Origin: an uncultured Acidobacteriota bacterium
GTDB lineage: Bacteria; Acidobacteriota; UBA6911
Direction of reading: 5' to 3'
Assembly: GCA_963827655.1 (NCBI GenBank)
Contig: CAWHCF010000038.1
Span: 96,001 to 160,000 of the forward strand
Length of the DNA stretch: 64,000 nt
Positions within the stretch are counted from its first letter, which is position 1; the number at the start of each line of letters is the position of its first letter. The position numbers and the translations under genes are program-made. The notes under the pieces are model-generated. The model was not told the DNA's origin. It searched no databases and saw only the letters and a list, made by a program, of their open reading frames with translations. Below are positions 1 to 10,797 of this stretch, in pieces.

Positions 1-68
1 TCGCGAAAGCGGCGCGGAATCTTGCGGAGAGCGCTTTCGACCAGCGCGTCAAATTGACTTCGCTTCAC
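1..68 (-). CDS. Metallopeptidase family (Zincin_1-like) protein, 5' part only, runs off the window
   Basis: Manual translation from GTG at 68 gives MKRSQFDALVESALRKIPRRFR, which resembles the 'F..LV..AL..lP..F' N-terminus of Zincin_1 proteins. A GAGGA RBS-like sequence lies upstream. Confidence 0.55.
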   Translation of the reverse strand, partial: MKRSQFDALVESALRKIPRRFR

Positions 69-198
69 CCAGGTCCTCGTCGACTAAACCTTGTACCATC
101 GACCCGTGAAGCTACCAAGAGTTGTTTTTCTGCCTTACCCACCGAGTCTCGAAGACTCCAAGGAATCTTGTTCTTTGCGTCCTGGCGGTTAAGGATCG

Positions 199-1496
199 AT
201 GGTTGATCTTGAAAAAGCGCGTGAAAATCAGATAGATTCGCTGTCTATGGTTAGGACGCCCGGGCTGTTCTGGCTCGAGAAACGACTCCTTCGGATGATC
301 CTGCGGCGGCTCGTCAAGCCCGTTCGAGTGGTCCTTTGGAATGGAGAGGAGATCTCAGAATCGATCGATCCTCCGTCAGCCCGAATTACGGTTCGAGATG
401 AAGCAACGCTCTGGGGGCTGATCTTGAATCCCGACCTTCATTTCGGCGAGGCCTACAGCAAGGGTCGAATTGAGATAGAGGGAGACCTGGTCGGCCTGCT
501 TGATACAATCTATCGCTCGAAGACTCAGACCACCGAAGGCCTCGGCCGGAGACTCATGTCTCGCTGGTTCGCCCCGCGGGCCTCGAATACGTTGCGAGAC
601 TCCCGCACGAAACATTCACCGCCATTACGACATTCGGACCGATTTTTATAAGCTCTGGCTCGATTCACAGCTCGTCTACACCTGTGGCTACTTTCCATCC
701 TCCACCCACTCGCTGGAGGCGGCACAATTTGCAAAAATGGACTACGTTTGCCGTAAGGTGCGGCTGCAACCGGGGGACCGTGTCGTGGAAGCCGGATGCG
801 GCTGGGGCGCGCTGGCCCTCCATATGGCCAAGCACTATGGAGTCTCGGTCAAGGCTTTCAACATTTCCCACGAACAGATTCTTTTCGCCCGCCAACGCGC
901 CCGAGAGGAGGGCCTGGCGGCTCGCGTGGAGTTTATCGAAGACGATTACCGGAACATTTCGGGGCGCTTTGATGTTTTCGTTTCGGTGGGAATGCTGGAG
1001 CATGTCGGCTTGCAGTATTACCGCGAACTCGGGAACCGTCATTGATCGCTGTCTGGAAGCGTCGGGGCGGGGGTTTCTGCATTTCATAGGACGCAACCGG
1101 GAGCTCCCTCTGAATGCCTGGATCAGGAGGCGGATTTTTCCTGGCGCCTACCCTCCCACGCTTCGTCAGGTGATGGATATTTTCGAACCGTGGAGTTTTT
1201 GCGTGCTCGACGTGGAGAATCTTCGTCTGCACTATGCCAAGACGCTCGAACACTGGCTGGCTCGGTTTGAAGAATCGGCCGGCCGGATTTGCGCCATGTT
1301 TAACGCGGATTTCGTGAGAGCATGGCGTCTCTATCTGGCTGGATCCCTGGTCGCCTTTCAGACCGGTTGGCTTCAGTTGTTCCAGATTGCGTTCGCTCGG
1401 TTCGATCACAACCAGATTCCCTGGACCCGAGGTTACCTCTACCGGGACGAGTCGGACCCCAAGCAGGAGTCGAAATGGATTCATGCGATGTCGTAA
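199..1496 (+). CDS. Cyclopropane-fatty-acyl-phospholipid synthase family SAM methyltransferase, frameshifted near 605 and 1035
   Basis: Three consecutive ORF pieces carry FGEAYSKG, NIHRHYD..FYKLWLD..YTCGYF, VEAGCGWG, SVGMLEHVG, IFPG and ENLRLHYAKTL, all typical of the CFA synthase family. Confidence 0.9.
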
Positions 1497-2605
1497 TCGT
1501 GGGTGCCGGCCCGGCAGGTTCTGCCTGCGCCTGGAAGCTGATGCGAGCCGGATTGGACGTCGCGCTGCTCGAGAAAGGCAAGTTTCCCCGAGACAAGGTC
1601 TGCGGTGGATGGATCACGCCTCCGGTGCTCGAGGAACTGGAGATCGACCCGCGCGACTATGCGGGCAGCGGGAAAATCTTCCAGCCGATTACCGGTTTTC
1701 GCACCAGCCGCATGGGCGATGCCCAGGTGGAGACGCACTACGGAAAACCGGTCAGCTATGGAATCCGCCGCTTTGAGTTCGACCATTATCTTGCGGTGCG
1801 TTCGCGCGCCCGGCTGATTGAAGGAGTCGCTTTTGGCAGCCTGGAACGGCTGGGCGACGCCTGGCTTGTCAACAATCAGCTCAAAGCCCGGCTGGTAATT
1901 GGAGCCGGAGGTCATTTCTGTCCTGTGGCGCGACACCTGGGAGCGAAATCCGGAGGAGAGGCAATTGTGGCGGCCCAGGAGACCGAGTTTGAAATGGACG
2001 TCCGCCAGCAGGAAGAGTGCTCGATCCGTTCCGAAGTTCCCGAGCTGTTCTTTTGCCCTGACATGAAGGGTTATGGCTGGGCTTTCAGGAAAGGAAGTTT
2101 CCTGAATATCGGTCTGGGACGGCTCGACCGCCGCCATCTCTCCGGTCACGTCTCCGGCTTCATCAGTTTTCTAAAGAGCGCTCGAAAAATTCCGGGCGAC
2201 GTGACGCCGTCGCTATCCGGACACGCTTATCTCTTGTACGGCCTGGGCGGCCGCCGGCTCGTCACCGACGGGATTCTCCTGATAGGGGACGCGGCAGGGC
2301 TCGCCTACTGGCAGAGCGGAGAAGGAATTCGACCGGCCGTCGAATCGGGGTTGATGGCAGCCGAGGCCGTCGTCGCAGCTCGCGGAGACTACAGGGAAGG
2401 ACGGCTGGAGCAGTATCGCAAGATGATCGCGGCGCACTTCGGAAAGTCGGAGCGCGATTGGGCAAGCGGTCTCGCCGGCCTGATCCCTCAATCCTGGATT
2501 GCAGCTATGGCGCGAAAGCTCCTCGCCACGCGATGGTTTTCACGACACGTGCTGCTGGACCATTGGTTTCTACATTCCCACCAGCCGGCTCTTCGCGCGT
2601 CTTAG
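1475..2605 (+). CDS. FAD-dependent oxidoreductase, geranylgeranyl reductase family
   Basis: DVVIVGAGPAG, FPRDKVCGG, GYGWAF and IGDAAG..GEGI motifs. ATG 1475 follows an AGGAG RBS and overlaps the upstream gene. Confidence 0.88.
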   Translation: MDSCDVVIVGAGPAGSACAWKLMRAGLDVALLEKGKFPRDKVCGGWITPPVLEELEIDPRDYAGSGKIFQPITGFRTSRMGDAQVETHYGKPVSYGIRRFEFDHYLAVRSRARLIEGVAFGSLERLGDAWLVNNQLKARLVIGAGGHFCPVARHLGAKSGGEAIVAAQETEFEMDVRQQEECSIRSEVPELFFCPDMKGYGWAFRKGSFLNIGLGRLDRRHLSGHVSGFISFLKSARKIPGDVTPSLSGHAYLLYGLGGRRLVTDGILLIGDAAGLAYWQSGEGIRPAVESGLMAAEAVVAARGDYREGRLEQYRKMIAAHFGKSERDWASGLAGLIPQSWIAAMARKLLATRWFSRHVLLDHWFLHSHQPALRAS

Positions 2606-2630
2606 CGGCTTTCCTGGGAGAGGAGAATGA

Positions 2631-2906
2631 ATGGATGTCGTAGACCTTTTGATCCTGTTGCTGGTTGCGGGGATTTGTGGCGCATTGGGACAGGCGATCA
2701 CAGGTTTCACGCGCGGCGGCTGCCTGGTCTCAATCGCTCTCGGATTCATTGGCGCGGTCATCGGGATGTGGTTAGCACGGAAGCTTGGCTTGCCTGAAGT
2801 ATTTGCTCTGACAGTTGGGACTGCGACCTTTCCGATTATATGGTCCATTATCGGCTCGGCGCTATTTGTGGCGGTCGTCAGCTTGTTGACCCGTTCGCGC
2901 CCTTGA
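2631..2906 (+). CDS. GlsB/YeaQ/YmgE (transglycosylase-associated) small membrane protein
   Basis: 91 aa with three hydrophobic segments, '[12 protein letters not shown]' and 'SIIGSALFV'. AGGAG RBS upstream. Confidence 0.85.
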   Translation: MDVVDLLILLLVAGICGALGQAITGFTRGGCLVSIALGFIGAVIGMWLARKLGLPEVFALTVGTATFPIIWSIIGSALFVAVVSLLTRSRP

Positions 2907-3243
2907 GCGGATAGAGTTCATCGGTCTTTGCGGCCATGATGAAGTCGTTTCGATGTAACCCTCGGATTTTGTGGGTCCACCACGCTACCGAGACGCGCCC
3001 CCACTCGGTGAGGATTGCCGGGTGGTGCCCTTCGCTTTCCGCGAGCTCCCCCACTTTGATCGTGAATGCCAGCGCCTGGGCGAAGTCGCCGAAGTGAAAT
3101 ACGCGTTCCAGCCGCGGAATGTCGTCTCGGACCAGGAGCTCCCAATCGGGAATCTGAGGTTTCAATTCCGCGATCTCCGAATTGGTGACCGTGGGCGCGC
3201 CTTTCCGGCACGCCTCGCATTTTTCCTTGATAAGCATATTCAA
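2878..3243 (-). CDS. phhB: Pterin-4-alpha-carbinolamine dehydratase
   Basis: KCEAC N-terminus, EGHHP and [21 protein letters not shown] motifs. Confidence 0.92.
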   Translation of the reverse strand: MNMLIKEKCEACRKGAPTVTNSEIAELKPQIPDWELLVRDDIPRLERVFHFGDFAQALAFTIKVGELAESEGHHPAILTEWGRVSVAWWTHKIRGLHRNDFIMAAKTDELYPLKGANGSTS

Positions 3244-3959
3244 CTCCTCTGCCTATTGCCTGTTGCTTCTGAATATTCCGCCAACGAAAACCCGGGCGTG
3301 AGCAGGAGCGCGTGGCCGGCCTCTGGGAACTCGTAGACCGTCGAATCAGGAATGCAGGACGCCATGAAACGAGCCTCCGCGATAGACGGCACGATCTTGT
3401 CACGGCCGGAGGCAAACAAGAGGGTCGGGACCGTGATCTCATGCAGCCGTGGGCGCAGATCGACTTGTTGAACAAGCTCGAGCCGGCGCCGGTAGGCGCC
3501 GAAATTCACCAGCTGGACGATTCGCCGATAGACCTTCCTGTCTTCCTCGGGCACGCCTTCATGGGCGAGGGTTCGATCGACGATGAAGTTCTTGATGCTT
3601 TGCAATCTTTTCACTCTCAGAAGCGGGACCAGGCGGCGCCCCAGGAGAATGCGTCTTCTCGGCCTGTAATACGGAAAAGTGTTGATCAACGCGAGACGAC
3701 TCACGCGCTCCGGGTAAGCCAGCACGTAGTGCATGGCGATCGTTCCGCCGAACGATTCCCCCACTACCAGAATCGATCCAGGCTCCTCGCCGGCTGTCCC
3801 TTCGCCGAGTTCGTCGACAAGATCGCGGAAATCAAAACTTGAACGCTCGCTAAACTTCCAGGCCAAAACCCGGTGACGCGACGATAAAGCAGCGATCTGC
3901 CGGTAAAACATCTCGCCGGTGCCATCGAGCCCGGGTATCAACAAGGCAAGCGGCTTCAT
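3240..3959 (-). CDS. Alpha/beta hydrolase
   Basis: PGLDGTG oxyanion loop, GESFGG nucleophile elbow, SGRD and AGHALL (Ser-Asp-His triad). Confidence 0.88.
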   Translation of the reverse strand: MKPLALLIPGLDGTGEMFYRQIAALSSRHRVLAWKFSERSSFDFRDLVDELGEGTAGEEPGSILVVGESFGGTIAMHYVLAYPERVSRLALINTFPYYRPRRRILLGRRLVPLLRVKRLQSIKNFIVDRTLAHEGVPEEDRKVYRRIVQLVNFGAYRRRLELVQQVDLRPRLHEITVPTLLFASGRDKIVPSIAEARFMASCIPDSTVYEFPEAGHALLLTPGFSLAEYSEATGNRQRS

Positions 3960-4110
3960 CGGTTATAGGCGCAAAGAAGCGGATATAAAAGGCCGTCAGA
4001 AAGTGTGAATCAATGGACAGGCGCCCCTTCTCACAGTCGGCTCTTCGAACCAGCCCATCGGCCCGGAGTTTGGACATTCGCTGGCACGGCAGCGCGCGTG
4101 CGGTTAACAG

Positions 4111-4283
4111 AGGCCGAAGGCTCGGCAGTGAATAGCCCCGCCCGTTAGGCGGGGACGCACGAGCGTCGAGTGCCGAGGTCCGAAGGACCGGCACTTCGAA
4201 TGTGTCGCACCTTCGGCGCTCAAGCTTGTGAAACCCAGATTCCCCGGCCTACGGCGGGCTACGCACTGCCGGCCCTTCGGCCT
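4111..4283. repeat. REP-like composite palindromic element (family A)
   Basis: Terminal inverted repeat AGGCCGAAGGCTCGGCAGTG / CACTGCCGGCCCTTCGGCCT (18/20) with internal hairpins. Related copies near 35.9 kb and 41.6-41.85 kb. Confidence 0.8.
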
Positions 4284-4371
4284 AGCTCTTACCTTCTTCA
4301 CAGTTTCTCACGGTCGCGGTTGGAGTTTGGCCATTTCACGGACGCGGCAGCTCGCCGACGCGACACAAAGC

Positions 4372-5532
4372 TTACCGCAATTTTGCGAACCGTTCCTCGA
4401 CCAGGTCCAGAGTCTGATCCCTCTTGGGAAAGGCAAACCTGACCAGGCCGCGCCCGAGAGACGGATCCGAGGTATAGAAGCTCGATCCGGGAACGGTAGC
4501 CACCCCGATTTCGTCGATGAGCCAGTAGGCAAAAGCGGTATCGTCTTCGTCGCGGCCCAGGTGCCTGAAGCTTGCCATGGTGTAGTAGGCCCCCTCGGGC
4601 GTGTGGCTCTCAAATCCATGATCGGAGAGTATTTTCATCATGCGCGCGCGCCGGGAGTCGTAGAAGGCGCGGAGCCAGGCGTAGTACGAATCCGGCATGT
4701 TCAAGGCCGCAACCATAGCCGCCTGAAGCGGCGTGGGCGCGCATACTGTGGTGAAATCGTGAACTTTGCGGAGGGCGTCGGTCAACTCCTCGTTCGCAAT
4801 GGCGTAACCGAGCCGCCAGCCGGTGACGGCGAAGGTTTTCCCCATCCCGCAAATAGTGATGGTTCGTTCCCACATCCCGGGCAGAGTCGCCATCGGAATA
4901 TGCCGCCGCCCGTCGTAGACCAGGTGCTCGTAGATCTCGTCGGTTATCGCTACCGTGTCGAACTCGACACAAAGATCTGCAATGATCGAGAGCTCCTCGC
5001 GCGTGAACACTCGCCCGGAAGGATTGTGGGGAGAGTTGAAGATGATGGCTTTGGCTCCGCCCTGGAACGCGGCTCGCAGCTCATCGGGTCTGAAACGGTA
5101 ATCCGGCGGGCGTATCGGAACCCACACCGGAGTTCCCCCTGCAAACGCAATGCCGGCATGGTAGTTCTCATGAGCAGGTTCCAGAACGATCACTCTTTCA
5201 CCGGGATTTACAATCGCGACCAGACTCGCGATGACCGCCTCGGTGACGCCGCAAGTTACCGTCACGTGGCGCTCCGGATCGACACTCTGATCGTAGAAAC
5301 GCCGGCTCTTATCCGCGATTGCCTTTCGCAATGACGGCTGCCCCCAGGTCATGCCGTACTGGTTGTAGCCTTGCCGCATGGCTTCTTCGGCGGCTGCAAT
5401 GACTTCGGCAGGAGGGTCGAAGTCGGGAAAGCCTTGAGCGAGCAGAACGGCGCCCTTCTCGATGGCATATCGAGTGATGGAGCGTATGACAGATTCCTGA
5501 AGGTATTTCAGTCGGTTAGCGGCGTAAGGCAT
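4372..5532 (-). CDS. PLP-dependent aminotransferase class I/II (YbdL/methionine aminotransferase-like)
   Basis: LAQGFPDF, NSPHNPSG, TDEIYEH and GKTFAVTGWRLG (PLP lysine). Start placed at MPYAANR. Confidence 0.92.
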   Translation of the reverse strand: MPYAANRLKYLQESVIRSITRYAIEKGAVLLAQGFPDFDPPAEVIAAAEEAMRQGYNQYGMTWGQPSLRKAIADKSRRFYDQSVDPERHVTVTCGVTEAVIASLVAIVNPGERVIVLEPAHENYHAGIAFAGGTPVWVPIRPPDYRFRPDELRAAFQGGAKAIIFNSPHNPSGRVFTREELSIIADLCVEFDTVAITDEIYEHLVYDGRRHIPMATLPGMWERTITICGMGKTFAVTGWRLGYAIANEELTDALRKVHDFTTVCAPTPLQAAMVAALNMPDSYYAWLRAFYDSRRARMMKILSDHGFESHTPEGAYYTMASFRHLGRDEDDTAFAYWLIDEIGVATVPGSSFYTSDPSLGRGLVRFAFPKRDQTLDLVEERFAKLR

Positions 5533-5695
5533 GAACTGAGCAGGGTACCAAAATGCCAGATCTCGAGGCAAGGACTTCCAGGGCTGACGATAACCGCCAA
5601 CCGCTAAGACGCTGAAGACGCCGAAGAAACTAAAAGGAACTTGACAAATAACTGCCGGCGCGGCAATGTTCGCAGTATCGCGGGGCCCGACCGGC

Positions 5696-7357
5696 ATGCG
5701 GATCTTGATTTTCTTGACGCTTTCGATACTTGGTCAGTTTCTGTTCTCACAAGGGGGCTCGCAGGGGAGTAACCGGTCACCCTCTCCGATTCGGTTCAGG
5801 AATGTTGCCGGGCCGGCCGGCGTCAATTTTGTCCTGGAGAATCACCCAACGCCCGAGAAGCACCTCATCGAGACGATGCCGGGCGGAGTCGCCACTCTCG
5901 ACTACAACGGCGACGGGTTGATCGATATCTACTTCACAAACGGCGCTGCCATCCCTTCGCTCGAAAAGGAATCACCCAAATACTTCAACCGTCTGTTCCG
6001 GAATGAAGGTGGAATGAAGTTTACCGACGTCACCCAGGAAGCGGCGGTGGCCGGCGCCGGTTATTCGATAGGGGTTGCGGCCGCGGACTACGACAACGAC
6101 GGCGACGTCGATCTTTTCGTCGCGGGAGTGAATCGTAATACACTCTATCGAAATGGCGGGAAAGGAGTCTTTCAAGATGTTACGTCCGGGGCCGGCATCG
6201 AAAGCAGCGTGTGGTCAGTCGCGGGCGGTTGGTTCGATTTCGACAACGATGGCTGGCTCGACTTGCTCGTAGTGAACTATGTGAAATGGTCGCTCGCGCT
6301 CGATCGCTACTGTGGCGACGCGGCCAGGAAACTGCGGGTCTATTGCCACCCAAGATATTTTCAGGCGCTTCCGAACACGCTCTACCGCAATCGGCGAGAC
6401 GGAACTTTTGAGGATGTCTCACTGCGAGCCGGTATTTTGCAGCATGCCGGGAAAGGTATGAGTGCGGCGTTCGCCGACTACGACCTGGATGGCTTCGTCG
6501 ATGCGTTTGTCACAAACGATAACCTGCCCAATTTTCTTTTTCACAATCGTGGAAACGGCGCCTTTGAAGAGACTGGACTCCTGTCCGGAACGGCTTTGCT
6601 CGAGCACGGCAAGCCGGTTTCCAGCATGGGCGTGGATTTTCGCGACTATGACAACGACGGACTCCCCGATATCACTATCACCGCCCTGGCTGGGGAGACA
6701 TTTCCACTATTTCACAACGAGGGAAAAGGGTTGTTCCGGGACGCTACCTACGGCAGCAGGCTCGGTGCTCTGAGTGCCAGGCGAAGCGGCTGGGGCACTG
6801 GTCTGGTTGATCTGAATAATGATGGCTGGAAAGACCTCTTTACTGCCAACGCACACGTCAACGACAAGATCGAACTCTTCGAATCCGGGCAGTACAAACA
6901 GGCCAACAGTGTCTTCGCCAACTTGGGAGACGGGACATTTCGTGATTTCTCGAACAGCGCTGGCGAGGGCTTTGAGATTGCCTGCGCTCACCGCGGGAGT
7001 GCGTTTGCGGATTTCAACAATGACGGCAGAATCGATGTCGTGGTGACGGCGCTGGGAGAACCAGCGGAGGTTTGGGAGAATATCAGCAGTGAAGAAAACA
7101 AATGGCTGATTCTCAAGCTGGCAGGGATTCGGAGCAACCGGGACGGAATCGGGGCTCGGATTCGCCTGGGAAACCAGAGCAACGACATGACGACCAGTGT
7201 AGGTTATGCTTCAGCCAGTCATGGTGGAGTCCACTTCGGGTTCGGGAAGGCGGAGAAGATCGAAAACATCGAAATAAAATGGCCCAGCGGCGCGGTCCAG
7301 GTTCTGAGAGACGTGTCCGGCAATCAGGTGCTCCAGGTCCGCGAACCCGCGCCTTGA
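5696..7357 (+). CDS. CRTAC1 family protein (FG-GAP/VCBS repeats plus ASPIC/UnbV domain), copy 1
   Basis: Signal peptide, repeated DYDNDG.xD Ca-binding motifs, C-terminal SNRDGIGARI...HFGFG...WPSG. Confidence 0.92.
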   Translation: MRILIFLTLSILGQFLFSQGGSQGSNRSPSPIRFRNVAGPAGVNFVLENHPTPEKHLIETMPGGVATLDYNGDGLIDIYFTNGAAIPSLEKESPKYFNRLFRNEGGMKFTDVTQEAAVAGAGYSIGVAAADYDNDGDVDLFVAGVNRNTLYRNGGKGVFQDVTSGAGIESSVWSVAGGWFDFDNDGWLDLLVVNYVKWSLALDRYCGDAARKLRVYCHPRYFQALPNTLYRNRRDGTFEDVSLRAGILQHAGKGMSAAFADYDLDGFVDAFVTNDNLPNFLFHNRGNGAFEETGLLSGTALLEHGKPVSSMGVDFRDYDNDGLPDITITALAGETFPLFHNEGKGLFRDATYGSRLGALSARRSGWGTGLVDLNNDGWKDLFTANAHVNDKIELFESGQYKQANSVFANLGDGTFRDFSNSAGEGFEIACAHRGSAFADFNNDGRIDVVVTALGEPAEVWENISSEENKWLILKLAGIRSNRDGIGARIRLGNQSNDMTTSVGYASASHGGVHFGFGKAEKIENIEIKWPSGAVQVLRDVSGNQVLQVREPAP

Positions 7358-7440
7358 CCGCGAAGACAGCAAGGAAAGCATTCATCGGTGATATCTTCGT
7401 GACTTCTGCCTCGTGGTATTTGTTTCGCGGCGCTTTCCGC

Positions 7441-9081
7441 TTGATGGTAGCGATTCTGATTCTCGTGTCTTGGGCCATTTCTCAGACCCGTGAATTCCGC
7501 TGCGACAAGGCATCGCTCCGATCCGCTTCCAGAATGTCGCCCGGAGCGCCGGGATCGATTTCATTCTCGAGAATAATCCGACTCCGCAAAAGCATGCTAT
7601 CGAGACCATGCCTGGCGGTGTCGCGGCCTTTGACTACGACGGTGACGGGCTCACCGACATCTATGTTACAAACGGGGCTGCGATCCCGTCGATGGAGAAG
7701 GATTCAGCAAAGTTCTATAACCGCCTCTACCGCAACAATGGCGGGATGAAATTTACTGACGTCACCGAGCAGGCGTCGGTAAGAGGTGCGGGCTATTCGA
7801 TGGGCGTTGCGGTGGCGGATTACAACAATGACGGCGACGTGGACATTTTCATCGCTGGAGTCAATCGCAACATTCTGTATCGAAATACCGGAAAGGGAGG
7901 GTTCGAAGACGCAACGGCGCAAGCTGCAATCCAGAGTCCCATGTGGTCGGTAGCGGCGGGCTGGTTCGACTATGACAACGATGGCTGGCTTGACCTGTTT
8001 ATTGTCAATTATGCCAAGTGGTCGCTGGCCTACGACCAGTTCTGCGGGGACAAGGAAAAAAACGTGCGAGTTTATTGCCACCCGAAGTATTTCGAGGGAT
8101 TGCCCAATACACTCTATCGTAATCGAGGCAACGGAACCTTCGAGGATGTTTCGAAAAGGGCCGGCATTCTGAAGCACGCCTCGAGGGGGATGAGTGTCGC
8201 TTTCGCGGATTATGACGAGGATGGCCACATCGACGCTTTTGTGACGAATGACAAGTTACCTAACTTTCTCTTCCGCAATCGCGGTAACGGGACCTTTGAG
8301 GAAACTGGACTGGCAGCGGGGGTCGCTCTCCTGGAGCACGGGAAGCCCGTATCCAGCATGGGCGTCGACTTCAGAGACTACGACAACGATGGCCTGCCGG
8401 ATATAAATGTCACGGCTCTTGCCAGTGAAACATTTCCGCTCTTCCATAATGATGGCGGGGGCTTCTTCACTGACAAAACATTTCTCAGCGGACTCGGCCC
8501 GCTGAGCGCCCCACGCAGCGGGTGGAGCAACGGATTGTTGACTTCAACAACGACGGCTGGAAAGACCTGTTTTCAGCCAACTCACATGTAAATGACCGAA
8601 TCGAACTTTTCGAAGCAACCGAGTACAAACAGCCCAACAGTGTTTTTGCCAACGTGGGAGCCGGAAAATTTCGGGACGTATCCAGGGAGGTCGGAGGCGG
8701 TTTCGAGGTTGCTAGAGCTCATCGGGGAAGCGCCTTTGCCGACTTTAACCGCGATGGTCGAATGGACGTCGTCGTCACGTCGCTCGGAGAGTCTGTGGAA
8801 CTCTGGGAAAACGTCAGCCCGAACGATAATCATTGGCTTTTTATCAAGCTGGTTGGAACCCGAAGCAACCGGGACGGCATTGGGACTCGGATCCGGATTG
8901 GAAGCCAGAGCAATCTCATGACTACGAGCGTCGGCTACGCCTCCTCGAGCCGACACGGCGTGCACTTTGGACTGGGGAACGTGCCGAAGATCGACAAGAT
9001 CGAAATACTCTGGCCCAGCGGCAAGGTTCAGGTTCTGAAGGATGTGGCTGCCAACCAGGTTTTGCAGGTTCAGGAAAATAG
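7441..9081 (+). CDS. CRTAC1 family protein, copy 2 (tandem paralog), frameshifted near 7490, 8540 and probably 9076
   Basis: Collinear with copy 1 (IRFQNVA..ETMPGG, YCHPKYF, SNRDGIG..WPSG) across ORFs 7608..8591 and 8522..9232. The signal peptide is in a third frame. The end is uncertain. Confidence 0.85.
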
Positions 9082-9097
9082 GGACGTCCCTAATTTT
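9075..9097. repeat. Short palindrome AAAATAGGGACGTCCCTAATTTT (family B) at a convergent gene junction
   Basis: Near-perfect palindrome, with relatives at 14317, 53981 and 62478. Confidence 0.75.
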
Positions 9098-10750
9098 GAG
9101 CTGTGTTGGGTGCGGGAGCACTCACCGAGAAGCTGCCACGGACGGCAACCTTTGCGCGACCGATGCGGTCCTCGACTTCCACCTCGAGCCCATAGGAGCC
9201 GGGGGCCAGACCTTGCAGGTCTAACCTGTTGATCAAGACCGCGCGATCCTGAGAAGAGTATTGGACCGATTCGCCACCTTCATCCACAAACTCCTTTGCC
9301 GTGCGGCCGTCTCGCACAATCCGGTAGAGCACCCGGAGCGACGGCCGGAGAGTGGCCTGGTCCAGCTGCAGGTTGTAAATGTGGAAGTAGATTCCGAGGG
9401 GCCGATCCGGCTGAAACTGCCTGTCCACGCTCGGCCTGACCTTGACGTCCCCCAGCACGAACATGGGGTTCCCTTCCGGAACCTGCTTCAGGAACTGGAT
9501 ATACTCCGCCACGATCAACGAGCTGGCGGCAAGCTTCCCCGGCTGATGCGGCGGAGGGAAGATTCCGGTTCGAACGACTCCCAGGTTGGTCCCGTTCAGG
9601 TCTTTGACCACCAGATCCAGCTTGTAGCGGCTCATCCGCTCCAGGACGAGATTTTTCTGGTAGAGCGAGGATTTCCTCAGGCCTTGTTCGAGCAAGAGGG
9701 GCTTGTAGGAGATGAAAAAATCGTCCTCGAATTCCGTTACGACTTGATTCGCAAGCGTGGAAACGATTCCATACACCGCCACTCGCGCGACCCGGTTTCC
9801 CCCTTCCTCTTTGAAGGTCAAGTCTTGATTCTTGATCTGAAGGGTGACGGGAACCAGCACCTGATTTTCACTCAAGGCGAAGCAGTCATCCCTTACCTGG
9901 AAAGGAAGGCTGGTGTAGCTTACGTTGACCTTCACCAGTTCCTTCAGGTCCTGGTATTTGATGGGCGTCGGTTGTTGTACTTTGGCGAGAGTTTCATACC
10001 TGGCGAATGGATTGTCCCTCGCCCGCTGGTACTCCGAGTAGTAGGGATAGCTCGAGCGGTTCGCCGGGTTGAAGGCCGGGCGGTCTTTTTTTTCAGCGGC
10101 GCCAATCAGCTCCGCGAATGTAGCCCCTCCTGGAACGTGAAGAAAGGCGTCCTTTTCGTCCGGACTCAACGCCAACCGGTATTCATCCGTAAAGGTGGGA
10201 TCTACGAATTCGAGCTCGATGTCGTTTCCAAGCCCTTCAATGTGCCGGTAACGCCATCGTTCCCACGGGAAAGTCCCGGTGATGCCGCCTCCTTCGTTAG
10301 GCCGTCTCTTGTAGGGACCCCCGGATGGGGCAGCGTCAACCTCATCCGGAGCACCGTGAATGATGTAGATCCGGCCTCGGTCGGTTTTCCAGCCGGCCTG
10401 GGCGCTTCGGTAATGCTGGTTTGCGTAAGCAATCCTTCGATAGTGCTCCTCTTTGAATTCATTGCCCGGCGTGCGCGGATCCGGATCGCGGCGGCGCCAG
10501 AACTGTTCGATGAAGTTCTCTTTCTCTTCCAGCGAGGTCAGGTCTTCGAAGACTTTCTTCTCTTCGTCGGCGATGATGTAGACGACATCCTGCTTCAGCC
10601 ACTTCTCGAAATAATCCTTCCCTTGTTCAGGGTTCTTGCCGGCGTTTCACCTTTACTCTTCCCTTGAGCCACCAGCGGCGACGGTGAACACAATGCGATC
10701 AAGAGGAACGCAAGCAGAGAACCAGGGGGAAGCGACCTGACGAATGCCAT
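9090..10750 (-). CDS. GWxTD domain-containing protein, multiple frameshifts in the 5' third
   Basis: Manual translation gives KWLKQDVVYII..FIEQFWRRRDPDP..NEFKEEHYRRIAYAN..GWKTDRGRIYI. The C-terminal part is ORF 9090..10175. Confidence 0.85.
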
Positions 10751-10797
10751 GTCTATACCAAAAGCACGGGCGCAGAGCTCGATCGTCGACCCTGCGC

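Noticed and set aside
600-1045. Programmed ribosomal frameshifting in the CFA-like gene and other split genes
   Set aside because: No consistent slippery heptamer plus downstream structure, and the shifts occur in families not known to use recoding.
4228-5334. Long antisense ORFs (also 9261..10667, 16096..17112, 38719..39777, 54371..55561, 58109..59452, 61349..62509)
   Set aside because: They mirror well-supported genes on the opposite strand, have no recognisable motifs, and are expected in GC-rich DNA.
7488-7495. In-frame TGA upstream of CRTAC1 copy 2 as selenocysteine or readthrough
   Set aside because: It lies in a signal-peptide linker, and the N-terminus continues in another frame, so a simple indel explains it.
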